Shown piece after piece: positions 16,140 through 16,200 of a stretch of DNA of 16,200 nt. The first letter of the stretch is position 1. Each line of letters begins with the position of its first letter. The stretch is from assembly GCA_029838215.1 (NCBI GenBank), contig JALGVI010000067.1, positions 1-16,200 on the forward strand, read 5' to 3'. The notes beneath the pieces were generated by a model. That model saw nothing but the letters and a program-made list of their open reading frames with translations, had not been told where the DNA came from and made no database searches. This DNA comes from Candidatus Helarchaeota archaeon. GTDB lineage: Archaea; Asgardarchaeota; Lokiarchaeia; Helarchaeales; RDOG01. The position numbers and the translations under genes were made by a program.

Positions 16140-16200
16140 TCGAAGTGTTCTTCGACGTACAAGTCACGATCTTCAATTGATTTGGGTATCTTTTGCGTTT
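16136..16200 (-). CDS. Possible 3' end of a convergent gene entering from the right edge
   Basis: A minus frame reads TQKIPKSIEDRDLYVEEHFD-stop, with its TAA (16138-16136) overlapping the ATPase TAA. Too short to identify. Confidence 0.3.
   Translation of the reverse strand, partial: TQKIPKSIEDRDLYVEEHFD

Noticed and set aside
1-16200. CRISPR arrays, tRNA/rRNA genes, IS elements, integrase or att sites
   Set aside because: No regularly spaced repeats, cloverleaf-like sequence, transposase/integrase motifs or terminal inverted repeats seen by eye; the intergenic gaps are short.

Overview
Archaeal-looking chromosomal window, probably from an anaerobe. Evidence: Hdr-like genes, a geranylgeranyl-reductase-family enzyme, an archaeal-type SSB/RPA OB fold and GGAG/GGTGA Shine-Dalgarno motifs. 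An Asgard-type host is only a guess. Left to right: two tandem paralogous GT-C-like membrane proteins (-; the first is partial and missing from the ORF track); purL-purF (+); a minus-strand OsmC / HdrD-like / HdrC-like / HdrB-like run with no hdrA in the window; a divergent second OsmC-family gene whose frame extends 51 codons upstream with no ATG/GTG/TTG; a beta-CASP RNase J-related hydrolase; a GGR-family flavoprotein; an unusual OB-fold (SSB)-transmembrane-thermonuclease fusion; two hypothetical genes; and a HerA-type ATPase broken by a frameshift. No CRISPR array, tRNA, rRNA or transposase was seen. The best novelty candidate is the SSB-TM-nuclease fusion, predicted to have its ssDNA-binding domain inside and its nuclease outside. 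All calls are by motif recognition; no database search was run.
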